A stretch of DNA of 64,000 bases, taken from the NCBI GenBank assembly GCA_964461045.1, contig CAYWSJ010000003.1:10148-74147 (forward strand), read 5' to 3'. The notes beneath the pieces are model-generated. The model was not told where the DNA came from, made no database searches, and worked only from the letters and a program-made list of their open reading frames with translations. The stretch comes from an uncultured Bacteroidales bacterium (lineage in GTDB: Bacteria > Bacteroidota > Bacteroidia > Bacteroidales > UBA12077). The translations under genes and the position numbers were made by a program. Of this stretch, positions 26,386-36,600 are shown in pieces; position 1 is the first letter of the stretch; every line of letters begins with the position of its first letter.

Positions 26386-26427
26386 AAATGGGTATAATTT
26401 TTGATAAGAAACAACAAAAAAAACATT

Positions 26428-27192
26428 ATGAGCAGACTAACAACATCAAAAAATCCGGCTCTTTCAAAGGAGTTATTTTATAAAGAATCAATCAAAAGAG
26501 AGCAAACGGCTGCAGAAGTAATGACAATTAATGGCACTGTAAACAAAACAATATTAATGTTTGTGCTTTTAATGATCGGGGCTTTTTATACCTGGAGAAT
26601 TGCCATGCCCATAGAAACAGGAGCTGCAGCGGTAACAAAGTGGATGTTAATTGGAGGAATCGGAGGTTTTATTACTGCTTTGGTAACTATTTTCAAAAAA
26701 GACTGGGCTCATGTGTCTGCCCCTGTTTATGCAGTTTTTGAAGGTCTTTTCCTGGGAGCTATTTCTGCCTTTTTTGAAGCTCAATTCCCGGGAATTGTTA
26801 TGCAGGCTGTAGCGCTAACATTTGGAACAATGTTTATTCTCCTGGCTGCATACAAATCCGGATTTATAAAAGTAACCAAGAAATTCAGAACTGGCGTAAT
26901 AATTGCCACCGGAGCTGTAGCTGTTACATATCTTCTTTCATTCATTCTGGGTATGTTTAACGTACAGGTTCCTATTTTTCAACCTACAGCCCTTGGAATC
27001 ATTATTAGTCTGGTTATTGTAGTAATTGCGGCTCTGAACCTGGTTCTTGACTTTGACTTAATATACCAGGGAGCCAAGCAAAAAGCACCCAAGCAAATGG
27101 AATGGTATGCAGCATTTGGTCTTATGGTAACCCTTATCTGGTTATACATTGAAATCTTAAGGCTGCTTGCCTTGCTTGCTTCAAGAGACTAA
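26428..27192 (+). CDS. Bax inhibitor-1/YccA family membrane protein
   Basis: Seven-TM pattern with N-terminal TSKNPALSK. ATG 26428 is preferred over the TTG 26401 of the ORF track. Confidence 0.75.
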   Translation: MSRLTTSKNPALSKELFYKESIKREQTAAEVMTINGTVNKTILMFVLLMIGAFYTWRIAMPIETGAAAVTKWMLIGGIGGFITALVTIFKKDWAHVSAPVYAVFEGLFLGAISAFFEAQFPGIVMQAVALTFGTMFILLAAYKSGFIKVTKKFRTGVIIATGAVAVTYLLSFILGMFNVQVPIFQPTALGIIISLVIVVIAALNLVLDFDLIYQGAKQKAPKQMEWYAAFGLMVTLIWLYIEILRLLALLASRD

Positions 27193-27216
27193 CGAATATT
27201 TTTCAACATATTAGGG

Positions 27217-27250
27217 TCCTCAATGAGATTTTCTTATTGAGGATTTTTTA
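27217..27250 (+). terminator. Rho-independent terminator of the BI-1/YccA gene
   Basis: TCCTCAAT (27217..27224) pairs with ATTGAGGA (27236..27243), followed by TTTTTTATT. Confidence 0.7.
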
Positions 27251-27253
27251 TTG

Positions 27254-27261
27254 TAATTTTG
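27254..27261 (+). promoter_or_regulatory. -7 promoter box (TAATTTTG) for the aminotransferase gene
   Basis: Exact TAnnTTTG, 42 nt upstream of ATG 27304. It overlaps the ORF-track TTG start at 27259, which argues against that start. Confidence 0.5.
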
Positions 27262-27303
27262 CCCCGCAATATTTTTTTAAATAAAAAGAAAAACTTCATC
27301 TAT

Positions 27304-28764
27304 ATGAGCAACCTGGAGCAATATTTCAAACCATTCAGAGAAAACACAATTGGAGCAGAAACTACCTTTAAAACTCCTTATGGCGAAAAAAAACTAATTT
27401 ATGCTGACTGGCTGGCAAGTGGAAGACTTTATGCCCCTATAGAAAGAAAAATACAGGAAGATTTCGGGCCGTTTGTAGCCAATACACATACTGAAACCAG
27501 CGAAACAGGAACACGCATGACCCAAAGCTATCATCATGCCCAGCACATTATTAAGGAACATGTAAATGCAGGAGAAAATGACGTGATTATTAATGCCGGT
27601 TCAGGAATGACAACTGTCGTTAATAAATTGCAGCGAATTATGGGGCTAAAAGGTTGTGGTATGTTAAAAAATAAAGAGTGCCTCAAAGAAGGAGACAAAC
27701 CAGTTGTTTTTGTAACCCACATGGAACACCATTCAAACCACACCTCATGGCTTGAAACCCTGGCAGATGTAGTTTTACTCGAACCCAATGAAGACTTGCT
27801 GGTTGAACCGGAACTATTGCGCAAAAAACTGGAGCAATATAAAGACCGGAAGTTTAAAATTGGAAGTTTTTCAGCTTGTTCAAATGTGACAGGAATTATA
27901 CCTCCGTATTATAAACTTGCAAAGATCATGCATGAATACGGAGGCCTTGCTTTTGTAGATTTTGCCGCTTCTGCACCTTATGTAGATATTGACATGCACC
28001 CCGAAGATCCTGATGAGAAACTGGATGCCATATTTTTTTCTCCTCACAAATTTTTAGGAGGACCAGGCTCCTCAGGTATTATGGTATTTGACAAAAGACT
28101 TTATCACAATCCTGTTCCGGATAATCCGGGTGGGGGAACTGTTGACTGGACCAATCGTTGGGGACAATATAAATTTGTCGATGACATTGAAGCCCGAGAA
28201 GATGGAGGAACACCAGGATTCCTGCAGGTTATAAGAGCAGCACTTGCTATTGAACTCAAAGAAAAGATGGGCACTGATAAAATCCAGGCCAGAGAAAAAG
28301 AACTGGTAGAAAAAGCATTCAAAGAATTGAAAAATGTGCCGGAAATAAAAATACTGGCTGATAATGTGGAAGAAAGACTTGGTGTGATCAGTTTTTATCA
28401 TGAAAAAATACACTACAATCTGATTGTCAAGCTATTGAACGACAGGTTTGGCATCCAGGTAAGAGGTGGTTGTGCCTGTGCCGGAACTTACGGGCATTAT
28501 TTGCTGAATGTAAGCTACCAGGACTCTAAAAAAATTACAGATCTTATTAATCATGGTGATCTTTCTCAAAAACCCGGATGGGTAAGGTGGTCGCTCCATC
28601 CAACTATGAAAAATAAAGACATTGACTTCTTTGTGAATGCGTTGAAACAAATTGTTGAAAATATTGAGGAATGGAAAAAAGATTATAATTATGATAACCA
28701 TTCGAATGAGTTCATTCCTAATAATTTTGAAACATTCAACGTAAAAAAATGGTTTAATTTTTAG
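27304..28764 (+). CDS. Class V aminotransferase-fold PLP enzyme (cysteine desulfurase/selenocysteine lyase-like)
   Basis: About 486 aa with FSPHKFLGGPGSSG (PLP-lysine region) and a VRGGCACAG C-terminal motif. Confidence 0.75.
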   Translation: MSNLEQYFKPFRENTIGAETTFKTPYGEKKLIYADWLASGRLYAPIERKIQEDFGPFVANTHTETSETGTRMTQSYHHAQHIIKEHVNAGENDVIINAGSGMTTVVNKLQRIMGLKGCGMLKNKECLKEGDKPVVFVTHMEHHSNHTSWLETLADVVLLEPNEDLLVEPELLRKKLEQYKDRKFKIGSFSACSNVTGIIPPYYKLAKIMHEYGGLAFVDFAASAPYVDIDMHPEDPDEKLDAIFFSPHKFLGGPGSSGIMVFDKRLYHNPVPDNPGGGTVDWTNRWGQYKFVDDIEAREDGGTPGFLQVIRAALAIELKEKMGTDKIQAREKELVEKAFKELKNVPEIKILADNVEERLGVISFYHEKIHYNLIVKLLNDRFGIQVRGGCACAGTYGHYLLNVSYQDSKKITDLINHGDLSQKPGWVRWSLHPTMKNKDIDFFVNALKQIVENIEEWKKDYNYDNHSNEFIPNNFETFNVKKWFNF

Positions 28765-28813
28765 AAAAATAAAAAAATATCAGGATTTTTTTTGATATTT
28801 AAATAATACTCCA

Positions 28814-28821
28814 TAATTTTG
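28814..28821 (+). promoter_or_regulatory. -7 promoter box (TAATTTTG) for the L31 gene
   Basis: Exact TAnnTTTG, 37 nt upstream of ATG 28859. The inverted repeat AAATATCA-N10-TGATATTT (28775..28800) lies over the -33 region. Confidence 0.5.
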
Positions 28822-28858
28822 CACACCTGATTATTGGAAAAAGAAAATTTATAAGAAT

Positions 28859-29134
28859 ATGAAAAAGGGAATACATCCAAAGGATTATAGATTAGTTGTT
28901 TTCAAAGACATGTCTAACGGAACAACATTCATGTCAAGATCAACTGTAAAGACAAAAGATACCATAGAAATGGAAGATGGAAAGGAATACCCTCTGGTAA
29001 AACTTGAAATTTCACATACATCACATCCGTTTTATACAGGAAAAAGAACACTTGTTGACAGCACAGGGCGTGTAGATAAGTTTATGAACAAGTATAAAAA
29101 ACATCTCAAAGACAAGGACAAAGAAAAGAAATAA
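28859..29134 (+). CDS. rpmE2: 50S ribosomal protein L31, type B (Cys-less, zinc-independent form)
   Basis: 91 aa reading [17 protein letters not shown]...HPFYTGK. There is no cysteine anywhere in the product. K/D-rich tail. Confidence 0.9.
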   Translation: MKKGIHPKDYRLVVFKDMSNGTTFMSRSTVKTKDTIEMEDGKEYPLVKLEISHTSHPFYTGKRTLVDSTGRVDKFMNKYKKHLKDKDKEKK

Positions 29135-29157
29135 AAATACGTCCAAAATATACACAA

Positions 29158-29190
29158 TAAAAAAGCTCCGGTTTTCCAGGAGCTTTTTTT
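29158..29190 (+). terminator. Rho-independent terminator of the L31 gene
   Basis: AAAAGCTCC ... GGAGCTTTTTTT. Confidence 0.75.
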
Positions 29191-29221
29191 ATATTTGTAA
29201 AAACACATCATTTAGCAGTTT

Positions 29222-30409
29222 ATGAATTATATTCTTTTTGATGACAATAGCTGGGAAAATCTATTGCCACTCACATTTACGAAACCTTCTTCAGAAATCA
29301 GAATAGGGATTTTAACAATAAAAGAAAAGTGGGAATCTTTCTTAGATCAAGATTGTTCCTATCTTACGCAACAGTATCTGGGGAATAAATATCCACTAAA
29401 AACACAAAAAGAAAACATCCTGATCAATGGTTCAATTATCCCTGATAAAAATCTTGTAAAAAAAATCACTGAGTTAAAAAACGGAGAAACACTCGTTAAA
29501 AAAGATATTATCATTGCTGCCAATCTTGCAGATGACAAAATTGAAGATTTTCAACAAAAGCAAGTGAGGGAAATTGATATTATTGAATACGACAAGGACA
29601 TATTCAAAATAAATCATCCATGGCAGATTTTTCAATTTAATGGAGAAGCCATTGAAAAAGATTTTAACCTGCTGACAAAAAACAGGGAGTCAGCCCCCAT
29701 CCCTGAATCAAATAATATACTGGGCAGAGAGAATATTTTTCTGGAACCGGGTGCAAAAATTGAATTTGCTACGATTAACGCAACAAAAGGACCTGTTTAC
29801 ATAGGAAAAGACACTGAAATTATGGAAAACTCAGTAATTAGGGGGCCTTTTGCCATGAACCATCATGCTGTTTTAAAAATGGGGGCAAAAATTTATGGAC
29901 CTACAACTCTTGGCCCCTACTGTAAAACCGGGGGAGAGATAAACAATAGTGTCTTTTTCGGATACTCAAATAAAGCACATGACGGATTTCTTGGCAATGC
30001 TGTCATTGGAGAATGGTGCAATATAGGAGCTGACACCAATAATTCAAATCTGAAAAATAATTATGCAGAAGTAAAACTATGGAATTACACGGAAGAAAGA
30101 TTCCTGAATACATCCCTGCAGTTCTGTGGTCTAATCATGGGAGATCATTCAAAGTGTGGCATAAACACTATGTTTAATACGGGAACCGTTATTGGAGTAA
30201 ACAGCAACATATTTGGAGAAGGATTCCCACGAAATTTTATTCCCTCCTTCTCGTGGGGAGGTAACAAAGGATTTAAGGAGTATAATCCTGAAAAAGCATT
30301 TCAGGTTGCTGAATTAGTTATGAAAAGGAGAAAGAAAGATTTTGATGAAACTGAAAAAAAGATTTTAGAAGAGGTTTTTAAAAGAACAAAAAAATATCGG
30401 AATTTTTAA
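29222..30409 (+). CDS. GlmU-like putative sugar nucleotidyltransferase/acyltransferase with a left-handed beta-helix
   Basis: 395 aa with an N-terminal nucleotidyltransferase-like region and C-terminal hexapeptide-type repeats (GAKIYGPTTLGPYCKTGGEINNSVFFGYSNKAHDGFLGNAVIGEWCNIGA). Confidence 0.65.
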   Translation: MNYILFDDNSWENLLPLTFTKPSSEIRIGILTIKEKWESFLDQDCSYLTQQYLGNKYPLKTQKENILINGSIIPDKNLVKKITELKNGETLVKKDIIIAANLADDKIEDFQQKQVREIDIIEYDKDIFKINHPWQIFQFNGEAIEKDFNLLTKNRESAPIPESNNILGRENIFLEPGAKIEFATINATKGPVYIGKDTEIMENSVIRGPFAMNHHAVLKMGAKIYGPTTLGPYCKTGGEINNSVFFGYSNKAHDGFLGNAVIGEWCNIGADTNNSNLKNNYAEVKLWNYTEERFLNTSLQFCGLIMGDHSKCGINTMFNTGTVIGVNSNIFGEGFPRNFIPSFSWGGNKGFKEYNPEKAFQVAELVMKRRKKDFDETEKKILEEVFKRTKKYRNF

Positions 30410-30491
30410 CTCCCCATCATAAGGTTTCTTTATTCCTGCTGAATTACATAAATTAACTTTTGGCACAACAATTGACAATAGAATATTCAAT

Positions 30492-30499
30492 TATTTTTG
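30492..30499 (+). promoter_or_regulatory. -7 promoter box (TATTTTTG) for lon
   Basis: Exact TAnnTTTG, 46 nt upstream of ATG 30546. It is followed by the inverted repeat TGTCA-TTT-TGACA (30511..30523). Confidence 0.5.
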
Positions 30500-30545
30500 C
30501 AACAATCATGTGTCATTTTGACAGAAACGAACAACGAGGTAATAT

Positions 30546-33008
30546 ATGACTTGGAAGATAAAAACAAAAAATAGTCTGAACGATTTACTAGCCAGCGAAG
30601 AATCGGAACAACAATCTGAATTCATACCATTAATTACTGATGAAGATGAAGATGCATTAAACAAAGTAGAAATCCCGGAGAGCATTCCAATTCTTCCCCT
30701 GAGAAACACAGTTCTTTTTCCGGGTGTTATTCTGCCGATAACTGTTGGCAGAGAAAAATCGGTACAATTAATAGAAGAAGTATATAACAATGATAAAGTT
30801 TTGGGAGCTATTGCCCAAAAAGACCCAAATGATGAGGACCCCAAGCAGAATGATCTGCATGAAGCAGGCACCATTGCACAGATAATCAAAATACTGGAAA
30901 TGCCTGATGGGAGCACCTCTGTAATCATTCAAGGCAAAAAAAGATTCAAACTCAATGAAATAGTTGAAGAAAAACCCTATCTAAGTGGAAAAGTCACAGA
31001 ATTGGAGGATAAGAAACGTGATGCCAAAGGAAAAGAGTTTGAAGCCATTGTAGGGTCCTTGAAAGATATGTCTTTAAAAATCATTAAGTTATCAAGCAAC
31101 ATTCCGCAGGAAGCTTCATTTGCAGTTAAAAATATAGAAAACACAACATTCCTCATAAATTTCATCTGCTCAAACAGTGATATCGATCTTAAGGACAAAC
31201 AAGATCTGCTTGAAACCAGCGATCTTAAAGAGCGCGGAGTTCGCCTGCTGGAATTGCTGTCAAAAGAGGTTCAGATGCTGGAACTGAAGAACGATATTCA
31301 ATCGAAAGTAAAAAGCGACCTGGATCAGCAGCAAAAGGAATATATGCTCCAGCAACAGATGAAGACCATACAGGATGAACTTGGAGGAAGTCCGCTTGAA
31401 AAAGAAATTGAAGAGTTGCGTGAAAAGGCAAAAAACAAAAAATGGAGCAAAGAAGTAGAAGAAACCTTCAATAAAGAACTTGACAAACTGCAAAGACTTA
31501 ACCCTGCTGCGGGAGAATATTCTGTCCAGATGAATTACCTGAATACCCTCCTGGAACTTCCATGGAATGAATTCACTGAAGATAATTACGACCTGGAGCG
31601 AGCAGAAAAGATACTGGATGAAGATCACTTCGGATTGGAAAAAGTCAAAGAACGAATCCTGGAATACCTGGCCGTATTAAAACTAAAGGGTGACCTTAAG
31701 TCCCCTATTCTCTGCCTCTACGGACCTCCCGGGGTAGGAAAAACCTCACTGGGTAAAAGTATTGCCAGGGCGCTTGGAAGAAAGTACATCAGAATGTCTC
31801 TTGGGGGACTGAGAGATGAAGCAGAAATCAGGGGGCACCGAAAGACATACATAGGTGCCATGCCCGGACGAATTATACAAAACATTAAAAAAGCAAAATC
31901 CTCTAATCCTGTTTATATTCTGGATGAGGTAGATAAAGTGGGTAATGATTTTCATGGTGACCCCTCCTCTGCCCTCTTAGAAGTACTTGACCCTGAGCAA
32001 AACAATACGTTTTACGACAATTATCTTGAGCTGGAATTTGACCTTTCCAACGTAATGTTCATTGCAACAGCTAACACGGTTGAATCGATCAGCCCAATGC
32101 TTCGTGACAGAATGGAGATGATTGATGTAAGCGGATATATTGTTGAGGAAAAGATAGAAATTGCCAAAAGGCATCTGGTGCCCAAGCAACTTGAAGCACA
32201 TGGTCTTAAGAAAACTCAGATAACTTTTCCAAAGAAGACCCTTGAATACCTGATTGAAAATCATACCAGGGAATCAGGAGTTCGTACGCTGGATAAAAAA
32301 ATTGCCAAGATTATCAGAAGAATAGCTAAAGAAGTAGCTATTGACAAAAACTACAAGAAAAAATTATCTCAGCAGGACATAAGGGAGATCTTGGGTCCTC
32401 CTGAATATTTCAAAGAAAAATACCAGGGAAATGAATATGCCGGAGTTGTTACAGGCCTTGCATGGACTCCCGCCGGAGGAGACATCATGTTTATCGAGAG
32501 CAGCCTTAGCAAAGGAAAAGGGAAACTGACCCTGACAGGAAACCTGGGTGACGTAATGAAAGAATCTGCCACAATTGCACTTGAATACATAAAATCACAT
32601 GCTGAATCAATCGGGATCAACAAAGATGTGTTTGATAAATGGAATGTCCATATTCACGTACCTGAGGGGGCAATACCAAAAGACGGTCCTTCTGCTGGCA
32701 TCTCAATGGTTACTTCCCTGGCCTCTACTTTTACACAGCGGAAAATCAAAAAAAATGTTGCTATGACTGGGGAAACCACACTCAGAGGTAAAGTGCTGCC
32801 GGTTGGAGGTATAAAAGAAAAGATACTTGCTGCTAAAAGAGCCGGAATTACAGAAATTATTCTTTCAGAAAAAAACAGGAAAGACCTGGAAGAGATAAAA
32901 GATATCTACATTAAAGGATTGAAATTCCATTTTGTTAACAATTTAAGTGAAGTGTTAAATATAGCTTTACTGAAGCAAAAAGTTAAAAATCCTGTTCCTG
33001 TTGAATAA
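30546..33008 (+). CDS. lon: ATP-dependent endopeptidase La (Lon protease)
   Basis: 820 aa with a LON N-domain, AAA+ Walker A GPPGVGKTS, Walker B ILDEVDK, and protease active-site PKDGPSAGI. Confidence 0.97.
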   Translation: MTWKIKTKNSLNDLLASEESEQQSEFIPLITDEDEDALNKVEIPESIPILPLRNTVLFPGVILPITVGREKSVQLIEEVYNNDKVLGAIAQKDPNDEDPKQNDLHEAGTIAQIIKILEMPDGSTSVIIQGKKRFKLNEIVEEKPYLSGKVTELEDKKRDAKGKEFEAIVGSLKDMSLKIIKLSSNIPQEASFAVKNIENTTFLINFICSNSDIDLKDKQDLLETSDLKERGVRLLELLSKEVQMLELKNDIQSKVKSDLDQQQKEYMLQQQMKTIQDELGGSPLEKEIEELREKAKNKKWSKEVEETFNKELDKLQRLNPAAGEYSVQMNYLNTLLELPWNEFTEDNYDLERAEKILDEDHFGLEKVKERILEYLAVLKLKGDLKSPILCLYGPPGVGKTSLGKSIARALGRKYIRMSLGGLRDEAEIRGHRKTYIGAMPGRIIQNIKKAKSSNPVYILDEVDKVGNDFHGDPSSALLEVLDPEQNNTFYDNYLELEFDLSNVMFIATANTVESISPMLRDRMEMIDVSGYIVEEKIEIAKRHLVPKQLEAHGLKKTQITFPKKTLEYLIENHTRESGVRTLDKKIAKIIRRIAKEVAIDKNYKKKLSQQDIREILGPPEYFKEKYQGNEYAGVVTGLAWTPAGGDIMFIESSLSKGKGKLTLTGNLGDVMKESATIALEYIKSHAESIGINKDVFDKWNVHIHVPEGAIPKDGPSAGISMVTSLASTFTQRKIKKNVAMTGETTLRGKVLPVGGIKEKILAAKRAGITEIILSEKNRKDLEEIKDIYIKGLKFHFVNNLSEVLNIALLKQKVKNPVPVE

Positions 33009-33022
33009 ATAACAAAATAATG

Positions 33023-33049
33023 AAGCAGGGCAAAGTGCTCTGCTTTTTT
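33023..33049 (+). terminator. Rho-independent terminator of lon
   Basis: GCAGGGCA-AAG-TGCTCTGC hairpin followed by TTTTTT. Confidence 0.65.
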
Positions 33050-33105
33050 ATTTATCAATCAATTTACTTATTTTTAACAAAATCTAATTTTTACAACTAA
33101 ACCAA

Positions 33106-33636
33106 ATGAAAATGAATTTTGCAATACTCGTAGGTATCTTGTTTGTTCTTATTGGAATATCCATAATATTGCGCACAGTGCTTAATATTGATATACCAAT
33201 TGTGAAAATATTCTTTGCGGTCATTTTAATTTATATTGGAGTAAGAATGCTTACAGGCCCTTTTGCTTTCACCAATATTAAATCAGGAGAAAATGCAGTA
33301 ATTTTTGGAGAATCAACTTTCAGAAGCATTCCCAAAGAAAATGAATACAAAATACTATTCGGTCATGGAAAAATTGACTTGCGGGATGTTGATTCTACAG
33401 ATATTCCTGAAAAATTAACCATTCATGTACTATTTGGCGGAGCTGATCTGTATCTCGATAAAGATATTCCCGTAAAAATAAAATCAGATGCAGCATTTGC
33501 AAAAGCAGAAATGCCTGATGGCAGGAATACTTCTTTTGGAAATATAAATTATGAAAATTCCGGTGACAGTACCAGGCAAACTTTGTACATTGAAAGTCAC
33601 GTTGTTTTCGGGGAATTTCAAGCTTTTCACAGATAA
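33106..33636 (+). CDS. LiaF-like membrane protein (two N-terminal TM helices plus a beta-rich C-terminal domain)
   Basis: 176 aa. The N-terminus FAILVGILFVLIGISIILR...FFAVILIYIGVRMLTG resembles LiaI/LiaF-type TM pairs. Function unknown. Confidence 0.4.
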   Translation: MKMNFAILVGILFVLIGISIILRTVLNIDIPIVKIFFAVILIYIGVRMLTGPFAFTNIKSGENAVIFGESTFRSIPKENEYKILFGHGKIDLRDVDSTDIPEKLTIHVLFGGADLYLDKDIPVKIKSDAAFAKAEMPDGRNTSFGNINYENSGDSTRQTLYIESHVVFGEFQAFHR

Positions 33637-33639
33637 AAA

Positions 33640-33666
33640 AAGGATGCCTCCGGAAAAGACATCCTT
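33640..33666 (-). terminator. Rho-independent terminator of the tricorn-like protease gene, shared convergent gap
   Basis: AAGGATG ... CATCCTT hairpin. On the minus strand it is followed by TTTTTTT, which overlaps the stop of the plus-strand gene. Confidence 0.65.
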
Positions 33667-33686
33667 TAAATAACATAAAAATTTTC

Positions 33687-36600
33687 TTAATTTGCCTGTT
33701 CATCCTCTAAAAATGGCTTATGTTCAGGCCATTTCACAGGATTTTCATCTATTTCATCCATTACTTCTTCTATGGCTTTTCTAAGTTGTACATCCTTCCC
33801 TTCGGACATTTTTTCCGAATCAAGCTCAATTCTGATATTTGGTGTTACACCTTCATTCTCAATAATCCAGTTTCCTTCCGGGTCATAAATTCTGTAATCA
33901 GGAGCTGTTAGCATTCCGCCATCAATAAGCGGAATAAACTGAGAAACACCAACGAGTCCACCCCAGGTTCGTGTACCAATAATCTTTCCCATATCGAGCT
34001 TTCGGAACTCATACGGCAGCATATCGCCACCAGAACCGGCATATTTATTTGTCAGACAAACCATATGTGCTGTGGTTGTAGTTGGCGGAATAGTCTGATC
34101 ATGAGAATACCGTCTTGTCCAGTAAGCCAGTGGTTTAGTATTTAATCTGTTCAGGAAGATATAAGGATCCAATCCACCGCTGTTAAACCTTCCGTCAATA
34201 ATAAGTCCGTCTTTTCTCAATTGTGAGTAAAAATATCTTGGAAAGAAGGTAGCTGAACCCATATAAGTATCAGGAAAATGAATATAACCTACTTTTCCGT
34301 CTGTCAACTCATTTACTTTTATCCTGTTTCTCTCAACCCAATTAATGTAACGAAGACTGCGTTCGCTTCTTAATGGTTTTACCATTATCTCTCTTGCAGT
34401 CTGTATGTCAGTATTTTCATTTACAAGTAACCTTATTTGTTCATTTGCCTGACCCTGAAAATAACTGTAGATGTTTTTATCTCCGGTTACTTCTTCTCCA
34501 TTAACGGCCAGTAAATAATCACCTGCTTCAACATTAACTCCGGGTTTGTCTAATGGTGATTTGGCAGAACGATTCCAGGAAGCATCGCGGAGTATTTTTT
34601 TAAATTGATAACGATTCGCTTTTTCATCAATTTTATAATCTGCTCCCAGCATACCGACATTAACGGATTCTGCCTCACGCTTTTTGTCACCTCCAAAAAT
34701 ATAAGTATGAGAAGTATTCAGTTCTCCTATCAATTCACCAATAAGATATCTTACATCCTGTCTGCAGGTAGCTCGATCCAATAATGCACCATATTTCTTA
34801 TGCATTTGATTCCAATCAACACCGTGCATTCCTTCTTCATAATAAAAATCTCTTTCCATTCTCCAGGCTTCATTAAATATCTGATTCCACTCTTTCCTGG
34901 GTTGAAGCAACATTTCCAGCTCTGACAGATCAAGTGGATGTCCTTTGCTATTGGTTTCTTTTACACTAATGATTCCTACTTTCTCTCCACGCTTATAGGC
35001 AATACTATTCCCGTCGCCGGAAAGCTTGTATGATTCCACACTACTGATAACCTCTCTTTTCTCCCTTGATTTTAGATCAAAAGCATAAAGGTTCATGGTT
35101 CTTACTTCCCTGAATTCAAACCTGTTAAAATCACCTTCTTCCTTATCCATGAAAAACAATGAATTATCATTCACAGAAAGATAGCGGTAATTTCCCGGAG
35201 ATAATGGTAATTCTTCTATTCTATTGGGAAGTCCTTCAAAATCAATCTCAACCTGTTTGCTGCCTGATTTTTCTTTTTCTTTATTACTAACGGCCTCATC
35301 ATTTCTAAGAGGTAAGAATGGTTTGCCCTCTTTTTGCAGAGTCAGGGCAAAAATTCCGGCAACATCTTTATATACCATTTCCCATTCAAAATCACCAAAA
35401 ACAGGATTAAAATAGCGATTTGAAACGAATAACAGGTGATTCCCATCACTGGTGAATACCGGATGAAAGTCATTAAACAGGTTTTGACTTACATTATGTG
35501 CTTTTTTGTTTTCCAGTGAATAAACAAATACCTGGAAGACCTGCTTTTTTGTCATTTTTGAATAGGCAAGATAACGGCTGTCCGGTGACCAGGAAAAATC
35601 GTAAATTGGCTTTTCATCTATTGGTACATCAACCGATTCGTATTCCGCTTTATCAACCTTAACAATTTTTTCATTTTCAACATTCAGGAAATAAAGCGTC
35701 AGAGTTTGATCGGTAAAGGCAATTTTCTTTCCATCAGGTGACCATCTTAAAGTATGACGATAACCCTTCTCATGATTTGTGAGCTTAACGGCTTTTTCCT
35801 TTCCTTTTGCATCAATAATATGAATTTCATATTCCCCGCTTTGATCAGATAAGTAGGCTACTTTTTCCCCGTCAGGAGACCATGCCGGATCTTTATCGCG
35901 TGCACCAGAGGACTCCGTCAGGTTATAAACTGCTCCGTGATTCCTCGGAACATTAAAAACTTCTCCGCGTGCTTCTATTAAGGCTCTCTGACCATTAGGG
36001 GCTATCCCTATTCCGGTAATATATTCTTTTAATTTAATTCTTCTTGCTCTTGCTTCAGGTGCATCATTTCCAATTGTTATATCAATTTTCTTTTTTGCAC
36101 CATTATTTATATCCAGAACCCAGATATCTCCGCCATGTTCGTAAACAATCTTATTTTTTCCTGCACTGGGTCTTCTAACATCATACTTGTTATGGTCTGT
36201 CAGCTGAGTTATTTTATCACCTTGTGGGGTGATAGAATACAAATTTAAATGACCATCCCTGTCAGAAGAGAAATAGATCTTATCATCTATCCACATTGGA
36301 ATTCTGTCGGTTCCTTCAAAATCAGTTAACTGTTTTTCCTTCTTATCCTCAAGATCATACAGGTATATTTCCTGCGCTCTGCCACCTTTGTAGCGTTTCC
36401 AGGTCCTGTTTTCCCGTGCAGTTTTATTAAACGCTATCTTTTTACCATCAGGTGACAAACTCCCGCGGGCCGCCTCAACCAGGATCATTGGCTCTGGCAA
36501 TCCTCCATCAGGCGAAACAGAATAAATACGGGTTGTCGGAATACCTGTTCCAGGCGCCCGGCTAGAGGTAAACAAAATTTTATTTTCAGTTGGATGCCAG

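Noticed and set aside
30506-30928. 140-codon antisense ORF over the lon N-terminus, plus the many other 60-120-codon ORFs in the track that lie inside or opposite large genes (for example 769..1029, 1801..2085, 3293..3532, 6874..7266, 9018..9402, 20451..20807, 28072..28413, 31260..31628, 42912..43298, 46947..47375, 50144..50479).
   Set aside because: All are nested within confidently assigned genes. They encode low-complexity or Phe/Ile/Leu/Ser-rich sequence without motifs and lack independent promoter or terminator signals.
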